DNA of 64,000 nucleotides, taken from contig NC_092347.1 of the NCBI RefSeq assembly GCF_963676685.1, forward strand, positions 62,992,001 to 63,056,000, read 5' to 3'. This DNA is from Mytilus edulis (Eukaryota). How positions within the stretch are numbered: position 1 is the stretch's first letter; the number at the start of each line of letters is the position of its first letter. Of the stretch, positions 37,401 to 51,577 are shown piece by piece. The notes under the pieces were generated by a model that was given only the letters and a program-made list of their open reading frames with translations, made no database searches and was not told the origin of the DNA. The translations under genes were made by a program, and so were the position numbers.

Positions 37401-40390
37401 CGTCCGTTTATTGTTGTCTGCCCTATGGTCGGGTTGTTGTCTTTTTGACACATTCCCCATTTCCATTCTAAATTTTAAGTATTAATATAATATATAACAA
37501 TTAACCATAGTATACTGATTTGTATCACTATGTATAATATAACAGTCATTACGGTGAGAATGAATTCCCTGTCATTTATCTATCATCCACGCACGAGCCT
37601 GTCCCAGAAAAAAATATATCTGTATATCAATCTCACTTTCAGGTATAGAATTGTATTTTTTTTCGGAGACATTTGCTTGTCGGACTATCCACAAGAACTT
37701 GCGGTCATCCGATGTTGAGTATTTCAGTACTTTGATTAATATATTTGTTGTTTTCTTCAGCTCTAAAATCATACGGATTTTTAAATAGATAACATATTCT
37801 CAACTGAGATGCCAAAAATATGTTAACTTCGTAGTATAAAGTCCGCAAACTAATATATTGAAGGTATATACATAGTTGTTTACATGTAATGTTTACAAAT
37901 AAATCGTACGATGTGGACAAAGGACACAATTTTAATCATAGTGCATTTGTACTAATTTAGGTGCATTAATACATGGATATTGCAATCAAACTTGACACAA
38001 TTGTTTTTAAATAATTTGTGTACGACCGAACTGTTATTACACCGGAGCTAGGTTTAAAGTCGGAGCTAAGAGAAATTTTAGGAGAAATTATAGATCTTTT
38101 ATTTTAAAATTTCGTACGCTATTTTTAACCTTTTTATAAGTGTTTATTTATCAGTTATTTTTTTGGGGTTGTGGTGGTGGTATATATGTATATGGTCAAC
38201 TTTTGTTGATTTGTTATAATTTTAAATAAAGCCAAAAGTTTTACTGGGATATAGAAACAGAATCATCACGGACTCCGCCTCTTCTGATTGTGAGTAAAAC
38301 CCATGGGTTTGTCAGTTTAGCTCTGATGGGGTATAAATTCGTAGCCACGTCCGTTCATAAGGGGTATAATCGATCTGATGCCTCGTAAGGACAGACAGCC
38401 ACGCTCTCTGCACGTGAGAGAAGCTTGTTGTCTGTCCCTGTCTACGTCTAATATGCCTAATTTATTGTCATGTTTTAAAAGTCTAAGTTTTTGCCATACA
38501 CCCTGGTCGACACACTCTGTAGAAACATTCTATTTGATAACTCTTATTTTTGTCCATAAAATGTTCAGAATATGACTGAAATATTTTTCACAGGACGTTA
38601 AGAAATCATTAATTAACCAAGCAAATCCCATTAAAATTCGATTGAAAACTACATTGTGATGCCCGTTTTGCATATTTGAACCATCCACTCCTATATCTAC
38701 GTTTATATGTACCGAGGTCTCGTCTCCTATAAAGCATACTCGAATTATTTAGGAGCAAGAACATACAGCACTGGAAATTTATCGAAAAAGCCATAGAAAG
38801 AGTGTAATTATGTAAAATCAGATGATATCACTGACTGCAGAACTTTTAATTTTGAACTTGTTCTATAAAAAAAACCCTGTATTTTGTTTTATTTGGTTTA
38901 TCCCGTTTCGTTTCATTTTGTTTTTATTTCGTTTTGAACTACTGGTACCAATGTATACAAATGGAATTTTGTTTCAGATTTATTTATATGAGCAGATTTG
39001 AGTTGGTTCTTTCTTAAAGATAAATTGTTATGTACATTTATAAACCAGTACAGATGTACGAAGCTCTGTATTTCGATCACAAGTTTTTTTTATCTATATT
39101 AACCAAGGTGAGGACCTTCCTGGTCAATATTTATGTTGAAAAATTGTCGGAAGGCTAAAAGTAAATATTATTGATATGGACATATGTGAACACATTGTTT
39201 AGGTACAAATCATGCAGCTAATGCGTGAACGTTTTAACCTTTACGTGTCCAAAGACTAGATTTTCAATAACTTACTCAAACTTTATACTTGCCGACCCTC
39301 TAGTATATCAGAAACAGAAACACACACGTGCAGTTTTGCATTATGTCATTTTTTTCTGTTGATTCTTATACTTCTATCTGTAAAATTACTTATCCTATAG
39401 GTTAATTACTAGACGCACTGATTTTGTATTCTCAGAAATGTTTTCTTATGTTTTCATATAAAAATGTTTTTCTGTTACAAATCATGATGTATTGTTTTAA
39501 GTGTGCATGTTATGCTGCTCATCAAGGGCCCTTGATTGGAATAATAAATATACTTATTCTTCTTATTCTATTCTATGTACTGGTTCAATCCTTTTTCAAT
39601 ACTGTTTTAGTACGGACTTCTCAGTACTGTTTCAGTATCGACTTATTCGGTTTCAATACTCATTTTTTTAGCTCTATTTAAGTACTGTGACCGATTTATT
39701 TCCGTAGTGATTCAATACATACTTTTCATTGTAATCTGTATTGATAAATATTGCATCTTTGTTGAGTTTGTTAGTTCATAACTCTTTCACAGCACTTGAC
39801 TCTGAAAAAACATTACTTTTATACTTTTATAAAGTATATAGGTACATGTATATTCATTTTCAAAGACAAGTGCTTGTGAACTCTTTCCATAATAATATAA
39901 TAAGGAGATGCTGTATCATGGTTACCATTAAGATAAAAAAAAAAAACCGAATAGACCGTTTACTGAAATGTCGATAGTAAGTAATCTTTTGAAATAATTC
40001 TCATAATAGTACTTTTGCTTTAACAGCTTTTCAAATACAATACATACCAGATAAATACAAAAACATGCAAACAACACAAACTGTCAGATTATAAGCCTTA
40101 ATTAAATATTTATAAAAAAAAACAGTTTAGCAGATATAAACTATGATATAATACTGCAAGGTTGTGCCCTTTTTATATTTTCTTAAGTTATAGTATAGAG
40201 TATCATTTCTAGTAGCTTTTCTTATCTTAAACTATTCATTTGTTTACTCGCTTAATTTTCTGTTAACAATTGCAAGTTTTTAAATAAATTCTTTATTCAT
40301 TAAATAGTTATTCTTGTCTATTTGTATGTTTTGACACCTACAAGTTTTTATCAACATGAATGAGAAATTTTGAAAAGTTCTGTACCCCTT

Positions 40391-40555
40391 CAGTGGCGGA
40401 TCTATAAAATTTAATAAGTGGGGGCCCACTGGCTGCCTAAGAGGGGACTCGATCGCTTCACGCTTCAGTGAATCCCTATATAAGCAACCAAATTTTTTTC
40501 TCAAAAAGGGGGGGGGGGGGGGGGCGGCCCCCCTGCCCCCCTTAATCCGCCTCTG
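40391..40555. mobile_element. Short MITE of the CAG(T/G)GGCGGATCC family; relatives at about 58652-58779, 62561-62596 and partial copies near 4204, 41210-41364, 44120-44160, 46118 and 56240-56356
   Basis: CAGTGGCGGAT...ATCCGCCTCTG flanked by CCCTT on both sides (5-bp TSD). Confidence 0.8.
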
Positions 40556-40637
40556 CCCTTTTGCATCAATGTTATCATTTTAAGTGACGTTTTCATTTAA
40601 ACATATGTTATACCTTTTTTAAATGCTTTTGTTTAAC

Positions 40638-41182
40638 AAATAATTGATGCAAGCTATAATACTTCATTGTAGTTTTAGCATGGGTAGGCATTATATTCGT
40701 GATTATTTTTGCCCGAGCGATAGTGAGGGCTAAAATAACACGAATATACTGCCTAAAGCTTGCATCAATTATTTCGATTCTGATTAGGACAATTCAGGTT
40801 ATTTATATGTCCGATGTGTAAAGGATATCTAACGTATGTGTAGGCTCTTTCATGAACCTCCCTCATTTTCTTTGTTTACAAGAAAACGACTGGCAATGTG
40901 ATTTTAGAGGGAGGAGTTTTAAACAGCGAGCATGAACGGTTGTCGTATCTATGTCAAATATGTCAATTTCGAATTGCACGTTACAGTCATAATAAATGAA
41001 TTAATAACAACATGTGCATCATTTAAGAGGTTGGAAGTGTTTTAAGTTAATCAAATATATTAAATGCATGCTAATTTGATAAAATTCATAATTCTGCAGT
41101 AGTCAATATACGCATGTGCAAACTAATTTTATTGGATTTAGAGCATGGATTTATTCATAAAGCGAGTGAAGCACGTCATATT
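40638..41182. mobile_element. Fold-back non-autonomous element; internally deleted copy at about 3042-3352 in USP intron 3
   Basis: Hairpin AAATAATTGATGCAAGCT...AGGCATTATATTCGTG / CACGAATATACTGCCT..AGCTTGCATCAATTATTT (40638-40774); the body matches 3130-3350. Confidence 0.7.
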
Positions 41183-41483
41183 GGAAGTCAAATAGTGGAA
41201 GAACATATTCAAGGTCGGATCCATTCATTTTTAAAAGGTGCATTCCAACCAAGGATACAGGGGGTTCCAAGAATAAGTCCCATTCAAAAACATTGCTCGT
41301 AAAAAAAAAAGGTGGACTCCACTTAATCCCCCCGGAACCCCCTCCGGCTATGGATCCGCCACTGATGTTATGTTCTTTACAACTCTTTTTCTTTTTAATT
41401 GCCCTTCAATGCTCTTTCTCAAAAGAGGTGTAGGTGAAACTATTGAACTTTCCACCTGTAGATATGTACTTTTCAATCATATC

Positions 41484-42583
41484 CAGTGGCGTAGCTTGCA
41501 TGTATGCTCAGATGCTCAAGCATCCACATCATTTTGACCAAAATTTAAAAAAAAAAATAGATAAATGTATAATTGCATGTTTTCGCAGCAGAAACACACA
41601 GATGTACTAGTATCTAAACGTAACAATAGTGAGGATATGAGAATAGCGTTCAACTTTTTCCGAAGCAGTATACGTGGTCTTTCCTTTAGGCTCATTTACT
41701 TTATGGATAAATCACTGAAAAGTACTCTCGACTTTTTCTTAAAAAGTCTACATCGTAGCACATCGTCGGCTACGGCAAGCGCAGAAGATGATCATATGAT
41801 ACGCAGATCTGCGGACATGTTTGGTCTGAAATTGAGGTATCTTGAGCCAAGCATGCAGAGCGATGACATAACAACGTTATTAGTAACAACTAATCAATCA
41901 TATCCTGATATCGTTTCCTGGGACATGAAACACGACTAGTATTTATAACGGAGTTTGATAATTCCTGGACTTATAACTTCCCTTTTCCATCTAGGTACAC
42001 ACATTAATTTTATTTTCAATAAAAGAGCGATAAATGTCCCCGCATTGTTCATTTTTTATGTATCCAAGATACAAGTGAAATAACAAAAAAAAGCATATTT
42101 TTTTTTATTAATATCTTGAGAGAAATAAAAGCTTCAGGAGAAATGCAGTGGGATTTGCGTTATAATTTATATTTCAAAGGTATTAATTGGTTAAAATATT
42201 CGATCAGGACTTATTATCGCAAGAGTCAAAAATATTGCTGATGATATAAATATCACAAAAATATGGCAAGAATTGTACACATGACAGGGCTAACAGGTCC
42301 GTCCACGGACGGACGTCCGATATTTCCATGTCCCCTGCAACGCGTTTAGAAGAGTAATCAAAAACCTCATTTGGAGGCTCAAATTCCAACAAAAGGGAGT
42401 CAATTCGGATCCTTCGAGAAACATATATATTGGTGGGTATTTTGAAATTAAACAAAAATCTAGCCAGTGTCGGATTGTAGGGACATGCATACAGGGAAAA
42501 TGTCAAAAAAATATCATTTTCTGCATAAAATGATCCAAAAACAGTTTTGCATCCACATCATATGAACCCTGGCTACGCCACTG
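41484..42583. mobile_element. Non-autonomous DNA transposon, 1.1 kb, 5-bp TSD
   Basis: TIRs CAGTGGCGTAGC / GCTACGCCACTG, flanked by ATATC on both sides; subterminal direct repeat GCATCCACATCAT. Confidence 0.85.
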
Positions 42584-43157
42584 ATATCAACAAATTCTGA
42601 TGAATAGTATTATCAATATTGCTGTTTGTTTCACATACCAGATCTACACGGACATAAACCAAAACGTCGCCGTTTACAGTTCGGTCTGGTATCAATGATG
42701 AAAGTTGTAAATAAAACATTCACCATTTTGAAAGGTTTCATTTGTTAATATGTTTATATTTAGTGGATATTGATATTATTGGGCTTTTTGTGTTATCTTT
42801 GACGTAATCTTTACTGTCATATGGAACTATCGTTTAAATCGACAATATAAAAAAGAAGAGTGTGGTATGATTGCCAATGAGACAACTATCCACAAAAGAC
42901 CAAAATGACACATACATTAACAACTGTAAGTCACCGTACGGCCTTCAACAATGAGCAAAGCCCATACCGCCTTCTCTCTTTACTTTGTAATTTTAACGAG
43001 AGAGAACTTACTGATATATGTTACATGATGATGTTTATAAATTAGACTACAAGTTTATCAGTCGATATTCTATGTATAGTAAACAATCTTTGTGTATAAT
43101 GAATATGCAGTTATTGCTAAGGCTAATGGTCAGTGGATCAAGGCGGACCTCCTGCTT

Positions 43158-44090
43158 TAACTCGCCGGGGCCCGAAGGGCCCCATATGAGCTTCTGCCAT
43201 CACTTGGGAGTCCGTCGTCGTTCGTCGTCTATCGTCGTAAATTATTTCAAAAATCTTCTCCTCTGAAACTACTGGGTCAAATACCTTCAAACATTAACTA
43301 AATGTTCCATAGGGTAACTAGTTTATAAATTGTACCCGAACTTTAGATCCATCGACAAACATGCCCACCATGGCTAAAAGTAGAACATAGGGGTCAAATG
43401 CAGTTTTTGGCTTATATCTCTAAAACGTTTCTGTTATTATCTTAAATATTATTATAGATAGATATAAACTGTAAACAGCAATAATGTTCAGCAAAGTAAG
43501 ATCTACCAAAAAATTAAAAGACCATAATTGTCAATTGACCCTTTAAGGAGTTATTGCCCTTTAAAGACAATTTACACAATTTGTTCAAGTTTGCTAACAT
43601 TAAAAAATCTTCTCCTGTGAAACTACTGGATCAATTTCCTTCAAACTTCAATTAAATGTTCCTTAGGGTATCTTGTCTATAAATTGTATCCGAAGTTTTG
43701 TTCCATTGACAAACATGGCCGCCATGGCTAAAAATAAAACATGAGGGTCAAATGCAGTTTTTTTGCTTATATCTCCAAAATAACTTATAGAGCAAATCTG
43801 ACGTGGGGTAAAATTGTTCAATTGGTCAAGATTTATAGGCCCTAAAATTTTCAGACGAATCGACAACCCATTGTTGGGTTGCTGCCACCAATGGTTTTAA
43901 CAAAATTATCTTGAAAGATCTACAAAAAAGTTTATATGACTAAAATTGTCAATTGACCCCTTAAGGAGTTATTGCCCTTTAATTTTTAAAGACAATTTTA
44001 CACAATTTGTTCATCAAGTTTGCTAACATTTAAAAATCTTCTCCTCTGAAAATAGGTGAGCGATTCAGGCTCTTGAGAGCCTCTTGTTTA
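43158..44090 (-). mobile_element. Helentron-like element with the same 5' terminus as 10845-12476 but a different internal repeat (about 355-430 bp, about 2 units)
   Basis: 44054-44086 AGGTGAGCGATTCAGGCTCTTGAGAGCCTCT is the reverse complement of the 10848 terminus. (GTC)n tract at 43210-43238 and hairpin GGGCCCGAAGGGCCC. Unit marker AAAATCTTCTCCTCTGAAA at about 43250, 43605 and 44034. Confidence 0.75.
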
Positions 44091-44607
44091 ATTAGCCATG
44101 CTTTTGAATAGGAACATATGGTTGGAACCCCCTTTTACAAATGACTGGATCCGCCCCTGATAGTAATTCATTCAATTTCTACGAATGACTTGTAGGGAAG
44201 TTTGATTATGTACCGCATAAAAGAGATGAACTCGTAAAGTGCCTATCAGCCTTCTTTGGCAGCCATTACATGTATACACACAATACTAATCTTTGAACAC
44301 TGACTTGATCCAAATAGTTTTTCCATTCACTTACATATTTTGTGTCAGTGATAAGGCTTAGATATAATTTAAGCTTGTGTTAAACAAATCACTGAACGGC
44401 TGGTGAAATATGTGCATTGCAAATTAGAGTAAAAATATATCAATGTATAACTAGACCTTCAACTATGGAGATGAGCATAAGAAATATCTGATATAGTCCA
44501 TTATGTATAGTTGTTTAGGGTATAATTATTTTAAGTAAGTTATGAGAGAACATTAGGATAATAGACATTTGCGGAAACTGTTAGGTACAGATAGCATTTA
44601 AATCTTG

Positions 44608-45380
44608 GGCTTTCTTAAAGTGTAATAATAAACCGTAGACCCAAAACAATGTAATAAAATTAACGGTACCAATTTTCTTGCACCAGATGCGCATTTCGAC
44701 TGGCTTTCTTAAAGTGTAAAAATAAACCGTAGACCCAAAACAATGTAATAGAATTAACGGTACCAATTTTCTTGCACCAGATGCGCATTTCGATGATACT
44801 CTTCAGTGATGCTCGTGGCCAAAATATTTGAAATCCAAAGCTTATAATAATTATAAAAGATGAAGAGCTATAATCCAAAAAGTCCAAAAAGTATAGCCAA
44901 ATCCGTGAAAGGAATCGGATCTTTGCATGAGGGAAATACATTCCTTAATTTATAATAATTTCTATCATTTTGTAACAGCTAATTTCAAAAACACAAAAAA
45001 ATCCGTATTTTCATGCCAGTACTTTGGTACTGGCTACTGGGCTGGTGATACCCTTGGGGACTAATAGTCCACCAGCAGAGGCATCGACCCAGTGGTAGTA
45101 ATAAAATTAACGGTACCAATTTTTTTGCACCAGATGCGCATTTCGACAATACATGTCTCTTCAGTGATGCTCGTGGCCAAAATATTTGACATCCAAAGCT
45201 TATATAAAAGATGAAGAGCTATAATCCAAAAGGTCCAAAAAGTATAGCCAAATCCGTGAAAGGAATCAGAGCTTTGCATGAGGGAGATACATTCCTTAAT
45301 TTATAATAATTTCTATCATTTTGTAACACCTAATTTCAAAAACACAAAAACTCCGTATTTTCATGCCAGTACCGAAGTAC
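44608..45380 (-). mobile_element. Tandem hammerhead-bearing repeat (non-LTR retrozyme or Penelope-like terminal repeat array), 353-bp period
   Basis: 44790-45040 repeats at 45160-45380. Hammerhead copies at 45127-45170 (intact), 44774-44812 (stem II partly deleted) and a 3' half near 44680-44700 made by a 94-bp local duplication. Confidence 0.8.
45127..45170 (-). ncRNA. Minimal type I hammerhead ribozyme
   Basis: Minus strand GCAUCA-CUGAAGA-GACA uguau UGUC-GAAA-U GCGC A-UC/UGGUGC: intact CUGANGA and GAAA core, stems I and II, short palindromic stem III, AUC cleavage triplet. Confidence 0.88.
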
Positions 45381-46734
45381 GATAGGGATGTTTTTCTCTA
45401 GTTGAACAATGATTTTTTTCCCCAATATATTTGCAGCAATGTGTTAACATTAATTACTGTATACGGTGTTATCCAAGGTTGAAAATGCTGCAATTGTACG
45501 AAGTATGATAGAATGAACTATACATTATTTTAGAAATAAATTTAACATGAGACACACAAAATATCACAATTGTCATTGCAGTTGATAGATTGGGACAATT
45601 GCTGAAAAAAGTCAGCAATACTTTGTGTGCGTTTAAGAAAGGTGCAATCAACCATGGAGCATGTTAGCGCTAAGACATACTTTTTCTCTTTTATTATGTT
45701 TTAAAGAGAATGAGGAAATACAGCAGATGGGTGTTTTTGAGCTATTTATTCTTCATGAAATTATTAACTATACGAGAAAAAAAAACACCCATAAAAACAG
45801 TTATCGACGAACTTTTCTGTGTCGGAAATATATTTTTAGACTGTTCGCCAGACTCAGTTGAAATGTAAAATACATGTAGCTGTACTCAAATAGTTAAAAT
45901 TTTGCTATCTATGTTTTCAACAGCAACACACAGAAAATGACAAACGAGTTCCAAGTTGTTTTTCTTTCATGCAATTATTATAAAAAGATCTTGGGAATCA
46001 TTAAGTATGGACGGGTTTTCTTTTTTCGCGGTGTCGATCATTCATGATCCTCCATGAACATAAGTGGGAGACTGGTACTATTTTCATGGAACTGTAACAT
46101 AGAGTGCAGTAACGACGCAGGGTCGATCCAGCCATTTTCCAAATAGGATTCCAACCCAATATAAAGGGGGGGGGGGGGGTCCGACCAAATGTCCCTAATT
46201 AAAAGCATTGCTCGGCAAGAAGAGGGTGTTCCAACCCCCAGAAAAGCCCGTGATCTCTCACTGCGACGTTGTTCATTTCAACACAAAGTTTATATACGCA
46301 AATCTGATTGTTAGGGATAAAAAAATCAAAAGTGTAGCAGGTGAGAAGAAAATTCGGCTTGCAGTCCTGATGGTAAATCCAGAAAAACGCTTCGGACCCA
46401 TGAAATTTAACGTGTTGCTTACATCTTCTTTTTTTTATATATATAGAAGACACCATTTGCTAGTTGTATATGTATTGTTGTTTTTGTAATTGAGACGACC
46501 CCTTGTTTTTGTCATCTGTTATCGTAAGTCTAAAGTGTAATTCTAGTTTGCGCAAATGTCTATTAGGATTATACTTTTGAAGAATATTAAAATCAAGCTA
46601 AAAAATTCTTAATTATTGTCAGTTGCAGAAATAATATGTCATGGATTAAAGTCAGCAAATAAAGAGAATAATTTCTCGAACAAGCAACAGTTTATCATTG
46701 TAGAAGAAGATGTATCTCTCACATGCATGGAAAA

Positions 46735-46975
46735 AGAGAGGCGATATATACCAAAGGAACATTCAAACTCCGATCTGACAAACAGTACACAAACACAACA
46801 TATGAAATTAAAATAAAGACTGAGCAACACGAACCCACCAAAAACTGAGGGTGATCTCAAGTACTCCGGTAGGGTAAGCAGATCCTACTCAACATGTGGC
46901 ACACATCGGGTTGCTAGTTTTAGTACAAAACTGGTTATAAGTCTAATTCGGTAGGTCACATTCGGGGAAAGGGGA
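46735..46975. repeat. Dispersed retroelement-derived repeat; related copy at about 6860-7150
   Basis: Shared CTGAG(C/A)AA(C/A)ACGAACC...GTACTC(C/T)G..AGG..GTAAGC.GATCCT.CTC.ACATG block. Confidence 0.55.
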
Positions 46976-49900
46976 TCATGCCCATATTCGATGTCCACTC
47001 ATATACCCCTTTAAAAGATTCCTCTTTTCACATCTGAATTCATTTAAAAACTAAGGCTGGTGCAAGCGAATTCTGTTTCAATAGCCCTATATATAGCGGT
47101 TTTGTTGGTTTTTTTTAGTTTACGACGAACGACGGGCGACAGTAATGGTAAAGGCTAAAATGCGGCACTTGCAGTGTAGGTGTAAGATACGAATAACTGT
47201 AGATTTATCACATATTTATTTATATCAGTTAAAATTTCTCCTCAACAGTTAAATCACATCGATTGTAGATGTTTCAACTTGAAACTTGTGAAATTAAGCA
47301 AACTACATCAATACGTCTAACTTAGTTTCATAATATGATCAGTATGATAAAAACATGATATTTTTAACAAAATACCACACATCTTTTCATTAATTGTAAA
47401 TATTCTATCAAAGTTCAGTCTTCTTAATGTGGTGCTATTATTGGGTATGAATATAACAGTTGAATCATAGAAATTTTGCGTTGTTGATATACTCAGTCTA
47501 TATCCATCAAATATAAAGTGAGAAATATGTATCATATAAGTGTAAAGTGCTCATATATATTTATATTAAACACAATGGAAATACAAAAATAGGCTACATA
47601 CACTTTGCTCAGTTCACATTAAAAAACAGTAAAACGTCATGACAAAATGTGTTATAGTTTTTGGACATGTATGGCATTTTTTCCCTGGAATCGTCATGAC
47701 AGAACGCTTTAAATGAAACGCTCTGCTCAGATTCCAGCAATACATATGATAGTTTCCCTGGAATCGTCATTGGAAAATGCTTTTTATGAAGTATACTCGG
47801 ATTCCAGGGGTCTAGTGAGAAAATAAAAATAAAAATGTTATAATGGCACAATTAATGTAAAATACATATACAATAAGAACATTTGGGTCAGCCAATAAAA
47901 AAAGCTAACATGTGTACAACATAAACATAAATTATTACAAACAACATATAAGAATAAACGGTGACCGATGTAGACCTATTTTCGCTATGCAAATGACTGC
48001 GTTATAAATTCACAGACTGCGGGGGGAAATTCAAATTTAGGGTATTTAGATATAAGTTCAAATTGGGTCCAAATCAGATATGTTTTAAAGTTTTAAAAAT
48101 TAAGTTAAATGATCTTTTATTGCTTATTAGAGTGAAAATGAAGGAAGAAATAGTGGTCATACTTCATTACAATTATACATAATCTATGTATGTTCTAACC
48201 CTTGAGAATATTCTTTTGTCTAGTCTCTGGAGCTATACGCTCACGCAAGGTCCGTGATGCCTAATATTTATTGACGTGTAATGTTTTGAAGAAAGACCAG
48301 TTTGTCATACATTAAGCCTTAAGGTGCCTTTTATTTGTTGCCATTATATTTTTTCTCGTCTTCATTTCATTATTTATGATTGCCCCTTGGTTACTGTTCT
48401 TCATGTATACCACGCATTGGCACGTAGGTTTAAATTTTAGTTGGATTTGATCGACAAATAATGCCCTTGCGATGCCAAATGTTGTTTACTATGTATATCT
48501 TATATTAAGTTGTGCAACAGAACTTACCACATACCAAAATTGTGAATAACCAGGGGGGGGGGGGGGGGTAAATAAAATAAAAAGATAATTAAATCAAATT
48601 ACTGTTTGGTAAACCCTACTAGGATAATCCCACGTATTTAGCCCTTAAAGTTTTTACAAACGGTAACGTCTTAAAATGTTTCCTGTAACAAAATGAAATA
48701 CTTCATCAGTTTCCGACAGGAAACGCCATTTGAAGTATTGTTTAACTTTATACATCAAAAATATTATAAAGTTCATATAATCCATAATAAAAACAAAGTT
48801 AAATAGTACTTCCATCAGTTTCCACTTGGAAACGTCATCTGAAGTGTAAATTACATAATACAGAATGATAATATACAAACATTCCTGAGAACCTAAGACT
48901 ACTTTATCAGTTTTCGATAAAAGAAACGTCATATAAAGTAGCCAGGAGTTAAGTGCCAAGCCGATCTTTTTGCTCAGTTTTTTTTAAGAATAAATTGGTC
49001 TTCCCAAGGAGGTTATATCTAATATTACCTCCTTGGTCTTCCTAAGGTATCGAAAGCCAAAATATTCAATGAACATAGAAGTAATAATCATTCGATGTTA
49101 TTTTCAGAGTCGAAAACTGTTTATATACTGAAATAACCAGTACGCAGTTTCACTTTCTCAGTGTGTGTTATGATTAAACTATTTAGAAAATTTCCATTGT
49201 TATAGTTTCATATTCATCATAAAGATTAAAAAAAAAAATGCTGAATTGAGGAATTTCCATAAAATCTTTTTATATTAAACTGCAAAAAAACTGCACCATT
49301 TGCCATTGCGAATGATAATACTTCTATATAAATGATAAAAACTTCATGAAAAAAATCATACTTAAGCACAAATAAGAAACTGGACCAGATTCACAATAAT
49401 TATAAATTAAATATAAATTCACAAACAAAGAACTGAGAATATCATTATATAACATGAATAACAAACATATAATTTATAATAATAAGTGAAACCTTTATTG
49501 TCAAATGTTGACCGTAGAAATTATGAAAAGCTATGTGACAAAATAAGAGAAATCAACAGTTACTAATAAATTACTATAAAACAATATTTGTATCACATAG
49601 ATAAATAAAAATAATAAAATCAACACGTATTGGAGGGGGGGGGGGGAATACGGTCATGAATGGCAAATCTACTTGAAAACAGTTATTGTTTTTTTACACT
49701 TGAAACTAAATATGACGCGCGCACCTGTTTAATACAGAGTTGCATTTATGTGAACAAATACTGCACGTGTACAGACAAATATTGAAATAATATACAAATA
49801 CTGAATTTTATAGGTTTAAATCAGGTCAGACTTACTTTCAATTAATTAATAAAGACTTTATGTCATAGCTACAAAAGAATTCTACAGAAGGGGACGTAGT

Positions 49901-50616
49901 TCACATTTCAATTCTAAAGTACACATAATGTATTCATTTAATTTAAACATGTAACCTCTTTATATTGACATTTGGGAAATAAATAACATGTGGTAAACGT
50001 ACCTTGTGGCTTTAATATTCTAATACATACCTGAATTTATATAGAAACGTCTATTCATATGTAAAAATTTACTGATTAATGCGCAAAATATGTGTTAGTT
50101 GAAATATTCAAACGGACATTTAAGAATAGTAGACACGTTATTAAATTATTTTTCAAATGTGAGCTTAGGTTTATTATTACTATTCATGATATTAGAAAGA
50201 AATGCAATATTCGACGTACAGTTACTGCTCACAATAAATATTTTGAAAAATGAATAAGTTGTAAATTGCATTATATCCCAGATAGTTTTATGTCACATTG
50301 TTTGGCCTAATTATTGATTTAAACATAAGGCGATTAAAAATTGACCATCCACTTAATTTCCTTGTTTATACAAAGATAATATTTAAAAAGTGAATAATTA
50401 TGTTTACTATAGTCTATACACAGTTTGACCTAAATTAACTCCTAAAACAGGAAAATATTTGACAACAAACATAAATCACACATCAACCTAACACAGAAAA
50501 CATCTTGCGATTACATAAGTAAAAATAGTTTTAAAAAGATAAAAAAAAAAGTACGCCCTTTCAAAAAAAAAAAAAATAACAAAAAAAAAAAACCTAACAA
50601 ATCTTCTGTTTTGTCA

Positions 50617-51546
50617 TCAGCAGACTTTCTTAATTTCTTTTGTTCGACGCTCGTATTCGAGTAGATTTTTTGGTCTGACTCCTCCTGCCTTCATGGGTGG
50701 ACAAAATGAATCAAATGTTTTGTCCCAGTGATTAAAGAACGGAGAGAAGTTGGTAAGCGGCTTCAGATGATGCATGTCGTGTTTAGGTGCTCCACCAATC
50801 ATCCCAAATGGAAGGATGTTATTGAGACTGAAAGGAAGATCAAAACCAATATGAGCTTCCACACTCACGACGATGCTCAGCAGCATGTACGACCATGTTG
50901 TCATGGGATGGCATTTGAAAAACCACGTATTTGTAGTGGTCAGGAACCCAACGGTGACCAGTTCCCATGGGTGGAGATACTGTGTGACCCAGACAAATGG
51001 ACTGTGGTACCTGTGATGTACAGAATGGATATGCTTGTAGAGAAATCTCACCTTGTGGTGGGTCCAGTGCCAAACAAAGTATTGGAAGTCGAATACTATT
51101 AAACTGGCAATCTGTTGCCAAACAAATTCAAACCAGCTTGGTGCCAATTCTGGAAGTGGTGTAGGCGGTGTCCATATCATTTGTCCGACTGCGGCAGGGA
51201 GGATAAAAAGCACATGATTCCAAAATGTTAGCTGTAATGTATCAAATACCTGATCGAGTGTTACTTCTTTGTCAGTTTGAATTTTGTATTTTTGAATCCA
51301 TTTCCATTTTTTTCCATATATATCCGCAATCATAAATGGTGTACATAGCGAAAAGTAAAATGCTACAGATAGAAAAACCGGGAAAAGAGGGGAACTAACG
51401 AGATCCTCCCTGCCGAGTCTAAAATCCCATATAACTTGTAGAAGAGATCGTCCGCTGGATAATGCATTATTTCTCACAACACCGGTTAATACGTCAGATG
51501 TGTTTATATATAATGCTCTTCCAAATTCTAAAATTCCTTCAGTCAT
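50617..51546 (-). CDS. CH25H: Cholesterol 25-hydroxylase-like protein (fatty acid hydroxylase/sterol desaturase family), intronless, 309 aa
   Basis: Uninterrupted ORF from ATG at 51546. Three His boxes (HWTHH, HSVHH, HDMHH) and CH25H-type motifs [47 protein letters not shown]. Single-exon like vertebrate CH25H. Confidence 0.9.
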   Translation of the reverse strand: MTEGILEFGRALYINTSDVLTGVVRNNALSSGRSLLQVIWDFRLGREDLVSSPLFPVFLSVAFYFSLCTPFMIADIYGKKWKWIQKYKIQTDKEVTLDQVFDTLQLTFWNHVLFILPAAVGQMIWTPPTPLPELAPSWFEFVWQQIASLIVFDFQYFVWHWTHHKVRFLYKHIHSVHHRYHSPFVWVTQYLHPWELVTVGFLTTTNTWFFKCHPMTTWSYMLLSIVVSVEAHIGFDLPFSLNNILPFGMIGGAPKHDMHHLKPLTNFSPFFNHWDKTFDSFCPPMKAGGVRPKNLLEYERRTKEIKKVC

Positions 51547-51577
51547 ACTTGTGTATAAGCAAAAATTAATAAAATAC

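Noticed and set aside
41565-42506. ORFs of 100-124 aa inside the 1.1-kb TIR element
   Set aside because: No transposase or other motif that I can recognise.
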